From Octopus vulgaris (taxonomy: Eukaryota), in contig OX597817.1 of NCBI GenBank assembly GCA_951406725.2, forward strand, positions 108,686,001 through 108,750,000: a stretch of DNA of 64,000 bases, in the 5' to 3' direction. Shown here in pieces: positions 40,169 to 53,044 of the stretch. The notes beneath the pieces are model-generated. The model had not been told where the DNA came from and ran no database searches. It saw only the letters and a program-made list of their open reading frames with translations. A program made the translations under genes and the position numbers. Position 1 is the stretch's first letter; every line of letters starts with the position of its first letter.

Positions 40169-40655
40169 TGAAGTTCACTTTAATGTATTACTAGCAAACG
40201 TTCTCTCGCCTATACTAATTCATATTCCAAATCATTATACATATTCAGAGTACCTTAACATTTAACTGCATCTGAAGTAATAAATGTTTTTTTAAAGTAC
40301 ACCTCTAATGCTGATTCGATATCTTTACTCTTTTTTCTGGTAATGGGTCTAATGACACGCAAAATAGTTACCTGCTACAAGCATAGATTTATGAAGAGAT
40401 ATAATTAAGATATAATTACGATATGATTAAAATATGCTTTTGGGTCATAGCGTATTGCTTTCTACATTGAAATGAATACCGGATCAAAGAAGTGTATTTA
40501 TTTATTCAACTCGACTGTGAGTACTTCTACATGTGATATTGAAAGGTCTGGATATGACCTCCGTTATTGATGACACCTATATTGATTTCAAATGGTAGAA
40601 AGTGATATGCGCTTTGTTTTACATACGTTATTATATTTTTTTTTTCGGTTTTTAG

Positions 40656-41040
40656 TCGGAGGTGTAGCTGTGTGGTAAGAAGCTTGATTCCCAACCACAT
40701 GGTTCCGGGTTCAGTCCCACTGCGTGACAACTTGGGCAAGTAGTTCTGCTATTGTCTCAGGCCGATAAAAGCCTTGTGGGTGGATTTTGTTACCGGAAAC
40801 TGAAAGAAGCCCGTCGTGTATATCTATGTGTGTGTCTTTGTTTCTGTGTTTGTCCTCCACCACTGCTTGGCAACCGGTGCTGGTGTGTTTATGTCACCAT
40901 AAGTTAGCGGTTCCGGAAAGGAGACCAACTGAATAAATACCGGGTTTTAAAAAATAAATCCTGGGGTCGATTTGTTCGAATAAAACACTTCAAGGCGGTG
41001 CCCCAAATTGGCTGCAGTAAAATGACTGAAGCAAGTAAAA
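40656..41040 (+). mobile_element. SINE family B
   Basis: Head and tail match 19548 and 56272. Confidence 0.9.
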
Positions 41041-41600
41041 GGTTCGATAAAATAATTATCGACCTCATGAATATTTAATTGCTAACTTGTATTTTGTAAG
41101 TAGAGCGATACAATTAGCTGTGTGAACTTCAGCTGTAGTAATTTCGGAAGAAACGCAGCTGTGGTATACATTTCTATCCAAAAGACACAAGTGGCCTATG
41201 AAATTATAATAAGCTATTTTGGAAACCGAAACTGGATTATGTATTCATTCCACTAGGAGCACACATTCTACTGTGTATTATTCCCGAAAACATGCATGAG
41301 AATCTGATTCTTGGACATACTTTTTTCTCGATAGGGTTTCAGCAAAACTGTAACTGTGGATCTATCTAAAACGATCTCAAGCTAAACCGGACCGTATTCT
41401 GTCTCCTTGCAGGCAAAATTACGATGTTAGTCAAATTTTGAAAAATGTTAACAGTTTCTTGTTTGTATGAATTTATGGGTTTTAATATTAGTGAATTGGA
41501 TTTATTCTGTTATCCAACTAATTATTCAAATCATGTATGTCTGTGCGAGAAAGTAAAAGTAAATATATTTGCATGAATATGTGTGCATGTATGTATGTGC

Positions 41601-41631
<31 letters not shown>

Positions 41632-41693
41632 TGTATGTATGTATGTATGTATGTATGTATGTATGTATACATGCATGTATGTATGTATGTATG

Positions 41694-41727
<34 letters not shown>

Positions 41728-41836
41728 TGTATGTATGTATGTATGTATGCATGCATGCATGTATGTATGTATGTATGTATGTATGTATGTATGTATGTAT
41801 GTATGTATATGCATGTGTATGTATGTATGAATGTAT

Positions 41837-42284
41837 GTATAAAATTGTATATCAAAGAGGTCCATAGATAGAAAAGAGTTGAGAACCCCTACTTTAGATG
41901 TATATATTGGTATGTATTACAAGAAATAGATATGTTTATTTCTCTTGCGTTTTACAGAGTTCAACCTACACAACTTAATGTTTGAAGGCAAAAATCACAT
42001 CATAAGAGCTACATCTTAATAAACTTCAACAGAATATCTTCATGAAATTAACTTCTTGTACGTTACGAAGCGATTTAGAATAGCGTGAGAAAGAAAAAAA
42101 ACAATAAGATAAGAATATTCAGATCGATGGCTCAAATATTAGTGTGATCTATCGAATAGTAATAAAGGAATGATAATATACATACACACGCATATATGTA
42201 TGTATGTATGTATGTACGTATGTATGTATGTATGTATGTATGTATGTATGTATGTATGTATGTATGTATGTATGTATGTATATA

Positions 42285-42344
<60 letters not shown>

Positions 42345-42533
42345 AGATCGGTAGCCACTACACACACTTTTTCTCTCCTTGTTTCTTTCTGTGTTCCTTT
42401 CCCTGGCAATAGAAACCGATAGAATAAGTACTAGGCTTACAAAGAATAAGTCCTGGGGACGATTTGCTCGACTAAAGGCGGTGCTCCTGCATCGCCACAG
42501 TCAAATGACTGAAACAAGTAAAAGAGTAAAAGA

Positions 42534-42591
<58 letters not shown>

Positions 42592-42978
42592 ACATATATA
42601 TATATATATTGTTATTGTTTTCTTTCTCACGATATTCTAAATTTCTCCACAACGAATAAGAAGGTAATTTCATGAAGATATTCTTTTAAAGTTTATTATG
42701 ATGTAGCTCTTATGATGTGATTCTTGCCTTCGGATTTGTTTTTGTTTTATCTAGATTTCTTGCCAGTCTGCGCTTCTTTTTATTTGGAGGATTTTGTAAA
42801 CCACTTTTATAGAAACTTCTTTCAAAATAACTTTTTTGCTTTCCACACATTAAGTTTTGTAGGTTGAACTCTAAAACGTTAGAGAAAGAAACATATCTGT
42901 TTCTTGTAATACATACCAATATATACATCTAAAGCAACTGTTTTCTATCCATGGTCTCCTTTGATATACAATTTTATT
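41837..42978. repeat. Inverted pair 41837-42112 versus 42608-42978
   Basis: AGATGTATATATTGGTATGTATTACAAGAAA / TTTCTTGTAATACATACCAATATATACATCT and ATCACATCATAAGAGCTACATC / GATGTAGCTCTTATGATGTGAT; spacer is microsatellite plus a SINE B tail (42405-42535). Confidence 0.92.
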
Positions 42979-43029
42979 CTGGTGAACCCAGAAACTACTT
43001 ATATAGAAACCTCTTTCCCATTTTGTTTT

Positions 43030-43220
43030 AATTTGTGTAGGTTGGACTATGTAAAATGTGAGAGAAAGAAACCTAACTGTTTCTAGTAATATATAACAAA
43101 ACACACATCTAAAAAATATATTTTTCAGGGGCCCCAATTTTCTGTTTTGTTGCGTGGACCCCCTACAAAATCTTATATGGACTCTCAGGGGCCATATGGA
43201 CCTTGCTTGAGAATCACTGG
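43030..43220. mobile_element. hAT-type MITE end
   Basis: Ends TTGAGAATCACTG (reverse complement CAGTGATTCTCAA), GG(A/G)CCCC subterminal motifs; repeats part of 42855-42932. Confidence 0.6.
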
Positions 43221-43694
43221 TCTATGTACTTACACGTTCTTTTGCTGTTACAACTGATATCATAAAATATATCTTCATCCGTGCCAATACACCTGTAGGG
43301 TTTCTCCTCGGGTATCGGAGAAATAGAACACTTTATAGAGATATTATTAGGCCGGTTTGTAACTTTGCCTTGTTTGAAAATTTCATAGCCAAGTCAAGGA
43401 TTTTCATCTATCGTTTATATTTTTAGTTTATACTTCCATTTATTCCACATAAAAAAAAGATGCGTCAAGTTCAGTTTTCTGGGGTCTTGTGAGCTGATCA
43501 CATAGTCTTTATAATCCTCAAACCTAAAAGAAAAAAGGAAATTCTCAGTAAGTTAAAGATCTACAAAAACTCACTTCAGATTGAAGTCAGGTCATTTATG
43601 GTGCTGAATGTAGTCTCTAGAACTTTAACAAACTGAACAGTGACCCAGGGGCATCGATTTTTGTATTCTCCCGTATACCATGTAAACTAGCCAC

Positions 43695-45240
43695 AAAATT
43701 TTCCATGCTTTCATACTGCTATCACAGTTTTCTTCATTAAAAGTTGTTCAGCATTAGACTTTTCTTAAAGTATTTCATTAAAAATATATTTGAACTGTTT
43801 ATATTCTTCGGTCTTCGAGCTTATGATTCACTTACTATCGCGACTGTTGCTATGATCACTGGAAGCGAGTAAGGCGGCGAGCTGGCAGAAACGTTAGCAC
43901 GCCGGGCGAAATGCGTAGCCGTATTTCGTCTGCCGCTACGTTCTGAGTTCAAATTCCGCCGAGGTCGACTTTACCTTTCATCCTTCCGGGGTCGATTAAA
44001 TAAGTACCAGCTACGCACTGGCGTCGATATAATCGACTTAATCCGTTTGTCTGTCCTTGTTTGTCCTCTCTGTGTTTAGCCCAATGTGGGTAGTAAAGAA
44101 ATAGGTCACTGGAAGCGCGTATCATGGTTTGTGGTGGTCGATTTGGTGGTTGTCAGATATGTTGTCAAAATTGCGATGAGGAAATGTTTCCTGTTTACTA
44201 GAATGTATTCGTTTACTCATATTTCTGCACCGTTCTTACGTTTGTTAACAAAATTACAATCATGAACCCTACGTGCCTGCTCAATAAATATCACCTACTA
44301 GTGCGTTTTGTCGCAAAATAATATACTTCTAGTTAAATTTCGTCCAAGTAAAATTTTGTTCTTTTCATACAGCCAAAAACAAGAGTATTTTTATTGCTAC
44401 TTCATAGCAATTACAGAGGTTATTATTGAATTCTTAACTCCAAGAAAAATGTACTCTATAATTTCGATTTGCACCATAACTATAACTAATGTTACTGACA
44501 TGCTCTTTACTGTTGTCGATGTAGGTTTTCTTCAGTTCTTCTCCCATGTTGGCAATATTGCCATTGTTGTCGTGTCCGCTTGTTTTTATATGAATAGAAT
44601 AAAATTAATACTTGGATGAAAATTTAACCAGAAGTAAAATATTTTACGACAAAACATTCAAGTAAGAGACATTTATTGAGCGGACACTAAGGGTTCATAG
44701 TTGTAACTTTATTAACAACAGTAAGAACAATGCAGAAATAAGAATAAACGTATATATTCTCGTAAATAGGAAATACATCTCTATCGCAATTTTTACAACA
44801 CATCTGACAACAGACCAACCTCCACAAGCCATGGTGTTGGTTTGTATCACGCTGCCAGTCAGCATAGCAGCAGTCACGATAGTAACTGCGTAAGACGTAA
44901 GGATATAAACAGTTGAAATGAATTTTTCATGAAATGCTTTCAGAAAAGACTAAAGTGCTGAGGAACTCTTAATCAAGAAAACTGTAATGTCAGCTGAGCA
45001 AAAGCATTGAATTTTTATTTCTATTCATATGGCCAAGACAACCATATTATTACTGTTATTTTATTGCACTTATACAGATTATTGTTGAGTTCTTAATTCT
45101 AAGAAAGATGTACTTGATAATTCCGATTTCTTTAATAATTTTAGTTATAACTGTAGCTAATGGCATCCTCTTTATTGTTGTCACTGTTGGTTTTCTTCGG
45201 TTCTTTCTCGCTGATGGTAGTATTATCGTCATCGGTTCCA
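43695..45240. repeat. A-B-A'-B structure: inverted arms 43695-44368 and 44588-45015, direct copies 44360-44570 and 45015-45240
   Basis: GTTGTCAGATATGTTGTCAAAATTGCGAT / ATCGCAATTTTTACAACACATCTGACAAC; B copies share TTATTGAATTCTTAACTCCAAGAAAAATGTACT / TTGTTGAGTTCTTAATTCTAAGAAAGATGTACT. Confidence 0.88.
43868..44105 (+). mobile_element. Young SINE family A copy with perfect 12-bp TSD
   Basis: TCACTGGAAGCG at 43856-43867 and 44106-44117. Confidence 0.95.
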
Positions 45241-45541
45241 GCCATGTTGTTTGCAGTGATTCTCAACGTCATAACTTCAAGATTGAGGCGAATATTATAA
45301 TCATTGAACGAACAATCGCCAGATGTTCACGAATGAAGATAATTGTATCATTAATTCTGGAAACTATTAAAAGAATATCTAGTGAATAGTCTGCCGCACT
45401 AAAATTGGCATGTCGTGGGGAGAATGCCTCTGCGTTCTCAGTTCAAATGTTGCTGAAATCATCTTGCCTTTCATCCTTTCTGAGCAAATAAAGCAACCAT
45501 TAAGTACTGAAGTCCTTCCTAAGACTCTCTCTCTCTCTCTC

Positions 45542-45582
<41 letters not shown>

Positions 45583-45654
45583 CTCTCACTGTTTCGCTCT
45601 CTATCGCTCTATCTCCCTTTCTCTTTCTCTCTCTCTCTTTCTAAACACACACAT

Positions 45655-45688
<34 letters not shown>

Positions 45689-46000
45689 GCCCCTACCTAT
45701 CTATTTAGCTCTCACTCACTCTCGTCTCCCCCCTCTCCCTCTTTATATATGTATGTATATATATATATAATATATATATATATATCTGTCTGATTTTGCT
45801 ACGCCCTCGGTATCATCATCATCATCATCATCATTTTCCGACTTCATTCACAAATGAGTAGCTATTAGAGTACAGTATATATGTATTGTGGTTTGTTGCA
45901 TTGAGTTTCGTGGGCAAAATCTGAAAGCTTAATTCACAATTATTATCCTTAATCTCAGATATATATGTATATATACTACCATGTATGTGTGTGCGTGTGT

Positions 46001-46083
<83 letters not shown>

Positions 46084-46542
46084 TGTGTGTGTGTTCGTGT
46101 GTTTGTGTGTGTACTCACTGAAATGGGGTTGAGGCAAACAGTCATAGATATATATATCTACTGATACGTGGAAGTAAATTGCATTCATAGAGACATTCAT
46201 TACCACCCCCACACATACAAAACATATAATTTTGGCCGATATGTTAAAAAATACATTTCCTGTCGTCAAATATTCAAATATAGTACATATTTTATATATG
46301 TATTTATTTATTTTATATATTTATTTTATGCTAGAAGACTGCGACTGCATTAACTTCTCTAATAAATCAATCACTGACAAAACAAATTCTCCGGTTATCT
46401 CTGGCTAAATGTCGAGAGATTGAATTAACTTTAGAAATCTCGAACTGTCTGAGAGGGTTTCCTTTATCGAAATCTTAAAACATCGCTGGTGTGTGTGTGT
46501 GTGTTTGTGTGTATATATATATATACATATACATACATATGC

Positions 46543-46591
<49 letters not shown>

Positions 46592-46914
46592 ATATACATA
46601 CCATTAGTGAGACTCAGATTAATTGCGATGGTATATTATATAATCTAACAAATAAAAGCAAAGTACGTAGAATATAATACAAACAACGTTCTAGGTAGAG
46701 TTGGTCACGTTAATGTTTGATCATGAGAACAATGATCTATGACGTCAGCAATTTGATGATGGATATAAACAGACAAACACACACACACACGGATGCACGC
46801 ACGCCCACACGCGTGCATACGCACATATACATAAACATACATATGTAATATTACATATATGTATATGTACATACGCATGTATGTGTGTATACACGCGCGC
46901 GCGCACACACACAC

Positions 46915-47255
46915 ATGTGGCTGTGTGGAAAGAAGCATACTTCCGAACCAAATGGTCCTAGGTTCAGTCCCACTGCGTGCACTCTAGTCCAAATGTCTTC
47001 TACTATACCCTCGGGCAGACCAAAGTCTTATGAGTGGTTTGGTAGACACACACATATGTCTACGTGTTTGTCTTTGTGTCTACGTTTGTTCCTCCCCACC
47101 GTTTGACAAACGGTGTTCATGTGTTTATATACCCGTAACCTAGCAGTTAGACAAAAGTGATCGATAAAATAAATATTCGGTTTAAATAAAATAAGACCTG
47201 GCATCGATTTATTTGACAAAACCTACCTGGCTGCAGTCAAATGACCGAAGCAAAG
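46915..47255 (+). mobile_element. SINE family B, diverged
   Basis: GGTTCAGTCCCACTGCGTG head and GCAGTCAAATGACCGAAGCAA tail. Confidence 0.85.
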
Positions 47256-47260
47256 AACAG

Positions 47261-47295
<35 letters not shown>

Positions 47296-47420
47296 GTATG
47301 TGTGTGTATATATATATATATATATGTTTGTATATATATGTTAGTATATATATGCATATGTATGTATATATATTTATATATGCATGTATATATATATATG
47401 TATGTACATATATACGTATG

Positions 47421-47469
<49 letters not shown>

Positions 47470-47471
<2 letters not shown>

Positions 47472-47765
47472 CTCGATGTAAGAGTTCATACCACGAGTTC
47501 ATTCCACGAGCCTAAGAAACTCCAAGTTGCATGGAACCGAGTCAAACTGTTATTAAATAATACATATTCCTCCAACCAAATGTGTTTAGTTCCACTTTTA
47601 GTTTGTCCACGCACATGTGTATGTACAGGGTGTCTCAGAATTAACAATAAAAGTGGAACTAAACACATTTGGTTGGATGAACATGTATTATTTAATAACA
47701 GTTTGACTCGGTTCCATGCAACTTGGAGTCTCTTAGGCTCGTGGAATGAACTCTTACATTGAGCT
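47470..47765. repeat. About 295-bp high-identity fold-back palindrome
   Basis: CTCCAAGTTGCATGGAACCGAGTCAAACTGTTATTAAATAATACAT / ATGTATTATTTAATAACAGTTTGACTCGGTTCCATGCAACTTGGAG; loop about 45 nt. Confidence 0.96.
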
Positions 47766-47828
47766 AACCCTTATATCGAGCATAACTAAGAAAATTAAGG
47801 AAAATATCTGACTCAGAGGATTCCCCTC

Positions 47829-47874
47829 ATGGTCCCTGAAGATGGGATATTTTTATCCCCAAATACTAGAACAT
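47829..47874 (+). ncRNA. Degenerate hammerhead-like motif
   Basis: CTGAAGA-T-GGGATA(tttt)TATCCC-CAAA (G12C); ATGGTC / GAACAT imperfect stem I. Confidence 0.6.
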
Positions 47875-48909
47875 TAAAACCGGAATTGTATACATTTCTA
47901 AATCTTTGTCATCACTTGACAATACCGTATTTTATTGCATTTCATTCCTCATTTGTATTAACCATAAGCTTTTGTTACACTCACTATTTTACTCAACCAT
48001 CGCAATGCTTCAAAGAAATTTGCAGACACACACACACACACACACACACATACATGTATCGCTATATAATATATAGACACAACTATTACAATGGAAAAAT
48101 GTATTAGAAAACACCAAGAAGAAAAACACTTTTCTCAACACGAGATCACACACTTCTGCAAGAGACAATACATACATCAGATAAGAATTTCATAAACAAG
48201 CTTCAGTATAAACATGAAATTTGTGAGCTTTATGACTCAAACTGTTAGACCGGATACAAAAGTTCAACACCTTATTTACATTACATCATAATATAGACCA
48301 AAAACATAAACGAGATCGAAAAAACATTGATCGATAACATTACAATCTGATATTGAAATGAACAAAAACAACAACTAAAAGATTTTCTATGGAGGCGTTT
48401 AGTCATAGCAAATTACAATGCAGAACTCAACACACGGATACAGCCCACTTAAAATGAATAATGAGGGTAGCTAGAAATTAATCGTTAAACAATTTTAAAT
48501 CACGTGGTAATGATTTTATTACTCACAACAATATCATTACCTTTGTCCATTCTTACTACAAAACGCTGTGAAAACCAGCTACGATCAGAACTTCATGTAA
48601 AGACGAGAAGGTTTAGAATCGATAATATAGTTCCCGCGTGATGTTTCCAGATTAAACATAAAGGTGTAATATGGAAACGAAATATGATGAATGAAGTATT
48701 ATTAAACGTGAGCGCAGTCATGTCAACAAAACAATACATCTGGATAAAAAAGCTGGGTCCTATTCACGTACAATCTCTCATTCATACGCACAAACATACG
48801 CACACATACACACATACACCGACGTAAACACATACACACAAGTTTCCCAGTACTATGCATACTTGTATGTATACACCTAAGAATGTATGCACCTATGAAT
48901 GTATGTGTG

Positions 48910-48943
<34 letters not shown>

Positions 48944-49109
48944 CAAAACCATACTTTTCATGCTGGCATAGACATAATACAATTGAAAACACACACACAC
49001 ACAAATAAAGATACACACAATTACACATACGCAAACACACTAACAGACACACACTAACATACACACACTTGAAATTGATGTTGATTTCCCATGGTGGATT
49101 TAGCTTTGA

Positions 49110-49795
49110 GCAGAAGGAATTGATGGCAGCAGACTTTGTTAAACAATTATTATTTGATTCAGCCCTGAATCTAAGCACCATTCCACAAGCAGGTCTGTCG
49201 TGGAGATCAAATTACTGTTCATCATCTCCTGGCTTCCAGCTTAACTCATCTCTCTTGCTCCATAACCAGCGAGAGGATCTTTCTGCTACCTCTCCAGTCT
49301 TGCGCACTACTATCATTCTCTCTACTCTTCATACTCAATTGGCTTGAAGCATTCTATATACTGACAGGGCAGGAATTGTGTATGACCAAACTTGTCTGGG
49401 AATAGCCATGCCTGGAAAACCTTCTCCCTACTATTCTGCATATATTTCTGGTAGTTGTCACCCTTCTATTCAGTTGTTTTAATCATACGCTTCTTCTTAT
49501 AAGTCATTAAGCTCGATCAGGGTTCTTTGTCTTTTGAGACCACAAAATTACGTCTGGCCTCAGGTTTGTCTGGATGACATAGAAGAACTGCAGCACTACT
49601 TTCATACCACATGATTACACATTTTATAACATACTGTGTGGCTGTACCCAGTGGCTTTTGTCCTTCCTTCACGAACTTCATTGGTGGTATTTCTTCTGTC
49701 TACTAATGGTGTGTTTTGTGTCATTCTTGCTCCAGTGTCTGAGCGAGTGTCCCAAACACCTGTTCATGACGCCACTCGTATCTCCCTCGTTGATT
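49110..49795 (-). mobile_element. HERO/NeSL-like LINE 3' end (restriction-like endonuclease)
   Basis: QRGRYEWRHEQVFGTLAQTLE, TNLRPDVILWSQKTK..LIEL, GEVAERSSRWLWSKR on the minus strand. Confidence 0.8.
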
Positions 49796-50565
49796 TTTTT
49801 TGTGTATATGCGTGTATGTAAATAAATTATTGCATTGAAATAACTTTACTTCACTCGCATTATACGATCTTTGTTTTTTACGGACCCGTAAATTAGGCTT
49901 CTCAAAACTAGAAAAGAGAAAGCTGATTCGAAGACTAAAGATCCAATCCATCAGTGGAACAGTAAAAAATCTGTAAAACTATCCAAAAGTTTATCATTTA
50001 AATATATATGAGCATGTCTAGAGATGCAACTATATGCATGAGAATACATGCATAAAAAAAATACAAATCTACATACATACATACATACATACATACATAC
50101 ATACATACATACATACATACATACATACATACATACATACATACATACACACATACATACATACATACATACATACATACATAGCTTGTTGATTTTTTTG
50201 AAATTCCAACGAAGGAGCCTTGGATATAGATTTGAAACCGACTTTTTCTCTAGTGGCAGGAAATCTTGAAATAAAACTGAATAATGACATGCATGATGGC
50301 TGCAATTCGATTTCGAACAATGCATATGCTTGACTGTCCGTTTGAAACAGCACAGATGTGGCTTTTCAAGCCTTCTAGGTATCTATACCATATTCACAGA
50401 GGTGGTAACGATGAACCCTCCTGTAGCAGGTATTCAGAGAGTTACTAGAAATGATGATTAATGCTCTCACTCGATCTAGAATTTTTCATTCAGTGTCTTG
50501 CTTTTATCAGCTTCGGCCAAATATAATATGCAACATCATATGCCTGTGTCTGAAAGTTGTCTCTG

Positions 50566-50586
50566 TTTCATATCTATAATCTGAAG

Positions 50587-50665
<79 letters not shown>

Positions 50666-50734
50666 TATAATCTGATGGCTATCTCTGTTTGATATCTATA
50701 ATCTGAAGTGTATCCCTGTTTGATATCTATAATC
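50566..50734. repeat. Four ~29-bp ATATCTATAATC(TGA) units with an expanded (CT)n in one unit
   Basis: Direct reading. Confidence 0.85.
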
Positions 50735-51064
50735 AAGTGAGGAAAGCTTTTGCACAGGGCAAATTCCAATCTTTAAGCAACGTATGCATTTGTCCAAATA
50801 GAAAAACTAACCTACAACCTTTCAAACATGTCTAAACGAGGACTTTGGGTCTCTCACTGCCAACCGATGGATTGCAGTTGACCTTGCTAAGATCATCCCA
50901 CCCTTTGACTAATATTTTTTCGTCCGGCAGCAAGTCCATCGAAAACCACCTTCCTTATGAAATAGCTTTCGATTTTGCAGGGCTGCCGATTTTGTAGGGT
51001 AGCCGATATTGTCTTCTCCTGCCCAAACTACGACAGGTTGTACTGGATGTTCCAGTAGCAATAC

Positions 51065-51255
51065 ATATCTTTCACTTGTTTCAGTCATTAGAGTGCGACC
51101 ATGCTGGGGCCCCGCCTTCTGGAATTTCCAGTCGAATTTATCGACTCCAGTACTTATCTTTTTCAGCCTCGTACTTATTCTATCAGTCCCTTGTGTCGAA
51201 TCGCGAAGTTATAGAGACGTTAACGCACCAACACCGGCTGTAAAGCAGTGGTAGT
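51065..51255 (-). mobile_element. SINE family B-like tail
   Basis: ACTTGTTTCAGTCATT..CCATGCTGGGGCCCCGCCTT is the reverse complement of the tail. Confidence 0.8.
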
Positions 51256-51356
51256 GGAAATAGATAGATACACAAATATATACACAAACATGCATATATA
51301 TATTTGTGTGTATATATGTATGCATGTATTTATGTATGAACGTACGTATATATATA

Positions 51357-51475
51357 TCACGTGATCATGTGACCGACCAGGGTATCAGATGTTGCTACGC
51401 ATCGCTGGTCACAATGCGCTTCGCATTGTTTTAGCCTTCAAATGACGCCACCCCGCTGGCTAAGCGAGCAGGCCG
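51357..51475. repeat. Short dispersed repeat, second copy at 57333-57425
   Basis: GTGACCGACCAG..ATCAGATG..CATCGCTGGTCACAATGCG..TTCGCATTGTTTTAGCCTTC in both. Confidence 0.9.
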
Positions 51476-51568
51476 ATAAATATATATAAGGAAAATAAGG
51501 AATAAGTGGAAATTTTACCGGCGAGTGTGTTAAATTATAAGGCAAAAAAAGAAAATGACTCTCCCCAG

Positions 51569-51617
<49 letters not shown>

Positions 51618-51752
51618 ATGTGTGTGTGTGTGTGTGTGCGTGTATCTTGCGTGGATACACATTAGCATTTCACTAAATCTGCCATAAATTCATATGGTAA
51701 ACATATATCCTGACAGAGGGTTTTTAGCTGAATCATCTGAGCAATGGGGATA

Positions 51753-51798
51753 GACACTGCTGACGTGTCTGAAATTAAGTGACGAAACTAGTCTGGTC
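51753..51798 (+). ncRNA. Degenerate hammerhead-like motif
   Basis: GACA-CTGCTGA..GTC..GAC-GAAA-CTAG-TC-TGGTC; palindromic stem III ACTAGT, GTC triplet; A6C and weak stem II. Confidence 0.55.
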
Positions 51799-51909
51799 CA
51801 GTGATTTCCAGCTTTGCTCATTGGCGATTATTTTCCCGGTCAGTGTATATAAATGTGCGCTTTTGTAGCCTTAAGTATTTTTATTTCTAAAAATGTCGGT
51901 TTTATTCAG

Positions 51910-51969
<60 letters not shown>

Positions 51970-52023
51970 AGGAAATATAGCATGAACAGGATACACTATC
52001 CATATTTTGCAGATAAATCTCTC

Positions 52024-52099
52024 GGTGGCCAGCCATGAGACTCGAACTCACTTCCTGTTGTTACCCGTCAAGTGCTTTACCCTTAAGCTAAACTGCCCC
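52024..52099 (-). pseudogene. tRNA-like sequence (possibly Thr-derived) embedded in a repeat
   Basis: GGGCAGT/GCTGGCC acceptor, GCTT/AAGC D-stem, GTGAG-TTCGAGT-CTCAT T-arm; anticodon arm does not pair. Confidence 0.6.
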
Positions 52100-52451
52100 A
52101 ACGACAAGTTTTTCTGCAAATTTAGGATTTATGAATCTAGCTTTATAAGTCGTTATCGTACTTTAAATTCAATTTGCATTGAAAGTCAACAAAGTTTGCT
52201 TTAGAAACGTGGAGATGTATTGAAAGATACAGATAGGGAAATAATTTTATTCTCAAACGCAGGATAATGCTAATAATATAGTATGAACAGGGTAAACTAT
52301 CCATATTTTGCAGAAAAACCTGTCGGTGGCCAGCCATAACTCTCGAATTCACTATGTTTGAGAATAAAATTATTTCCTCATCTGTATCTTTCAATACATC
52401 TCAACGGCTCTAAAGCAACCTTTGTTTGTTGAATTATATATATATATATAT

Positions 52452-52950
52452 AGGGTGATTGAAAAGTAACATCTTATATTAAAATACTTATAAATTATAT
52501 CTTAACTGTAATTTTTTCTCAAATTTTGGTTTTTGTCTTTTTTTTTGAAATTTGAGAATTTAATCTGTAATGTCTTGTTCGTGAATGACTGAATATCCAC
52601 TTACCCAGGAGATGGATGGGTCGTTGTGCTCTGCATGTGTGGCCAGCCAGGACTGAACACGCTGTGACCTCTTTCTTTGGAGTTGGTTAACGGAACAAGT
52701 CTACAGTACCAACCAAATACCTTGGAAGAAGCTGAAGGGCGAATATTAGAAGTTATATCTTTTTCCACCCCATGAGAGTTTCTAGTGAAATCAGTTGACA
52801 CAATTCCTGGGCGACTCAAGAAGCTGATAGCCACATCTGGAGCCCATATCGAATTTTAAATAAAAGGTCAACTTCAAGCTTTTCTCTCATATCCATCTTT
52901 TTGTAAAAATTACTATTAATAAATAATTTATAAGTATTTTAAAATATACG
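52452..52950 (+). mobile_element. Deleted Tc1/mariner-superfamily element
   Basis: TAGGGTGATTGAAAAGT start; LPRRWMGRCALHVWPAR and CDLFLW (the WIGR..WPARSPDL..DFFLWG motif). Confidence 0.75.
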
Positions 52951-53044
52951 TACATATATCCACATATGTATGCATATGCATGTCCATATATGTAGTATTA
53001 AACATTTAAAATAACATTGGAGAGTTAAAAAATTAATGGAAATC

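Noticed and set aside
50340-51055. Further decayed LINE reverse transcriptase
   Set aside because: Only faint motif traces; could not be supported by eye.
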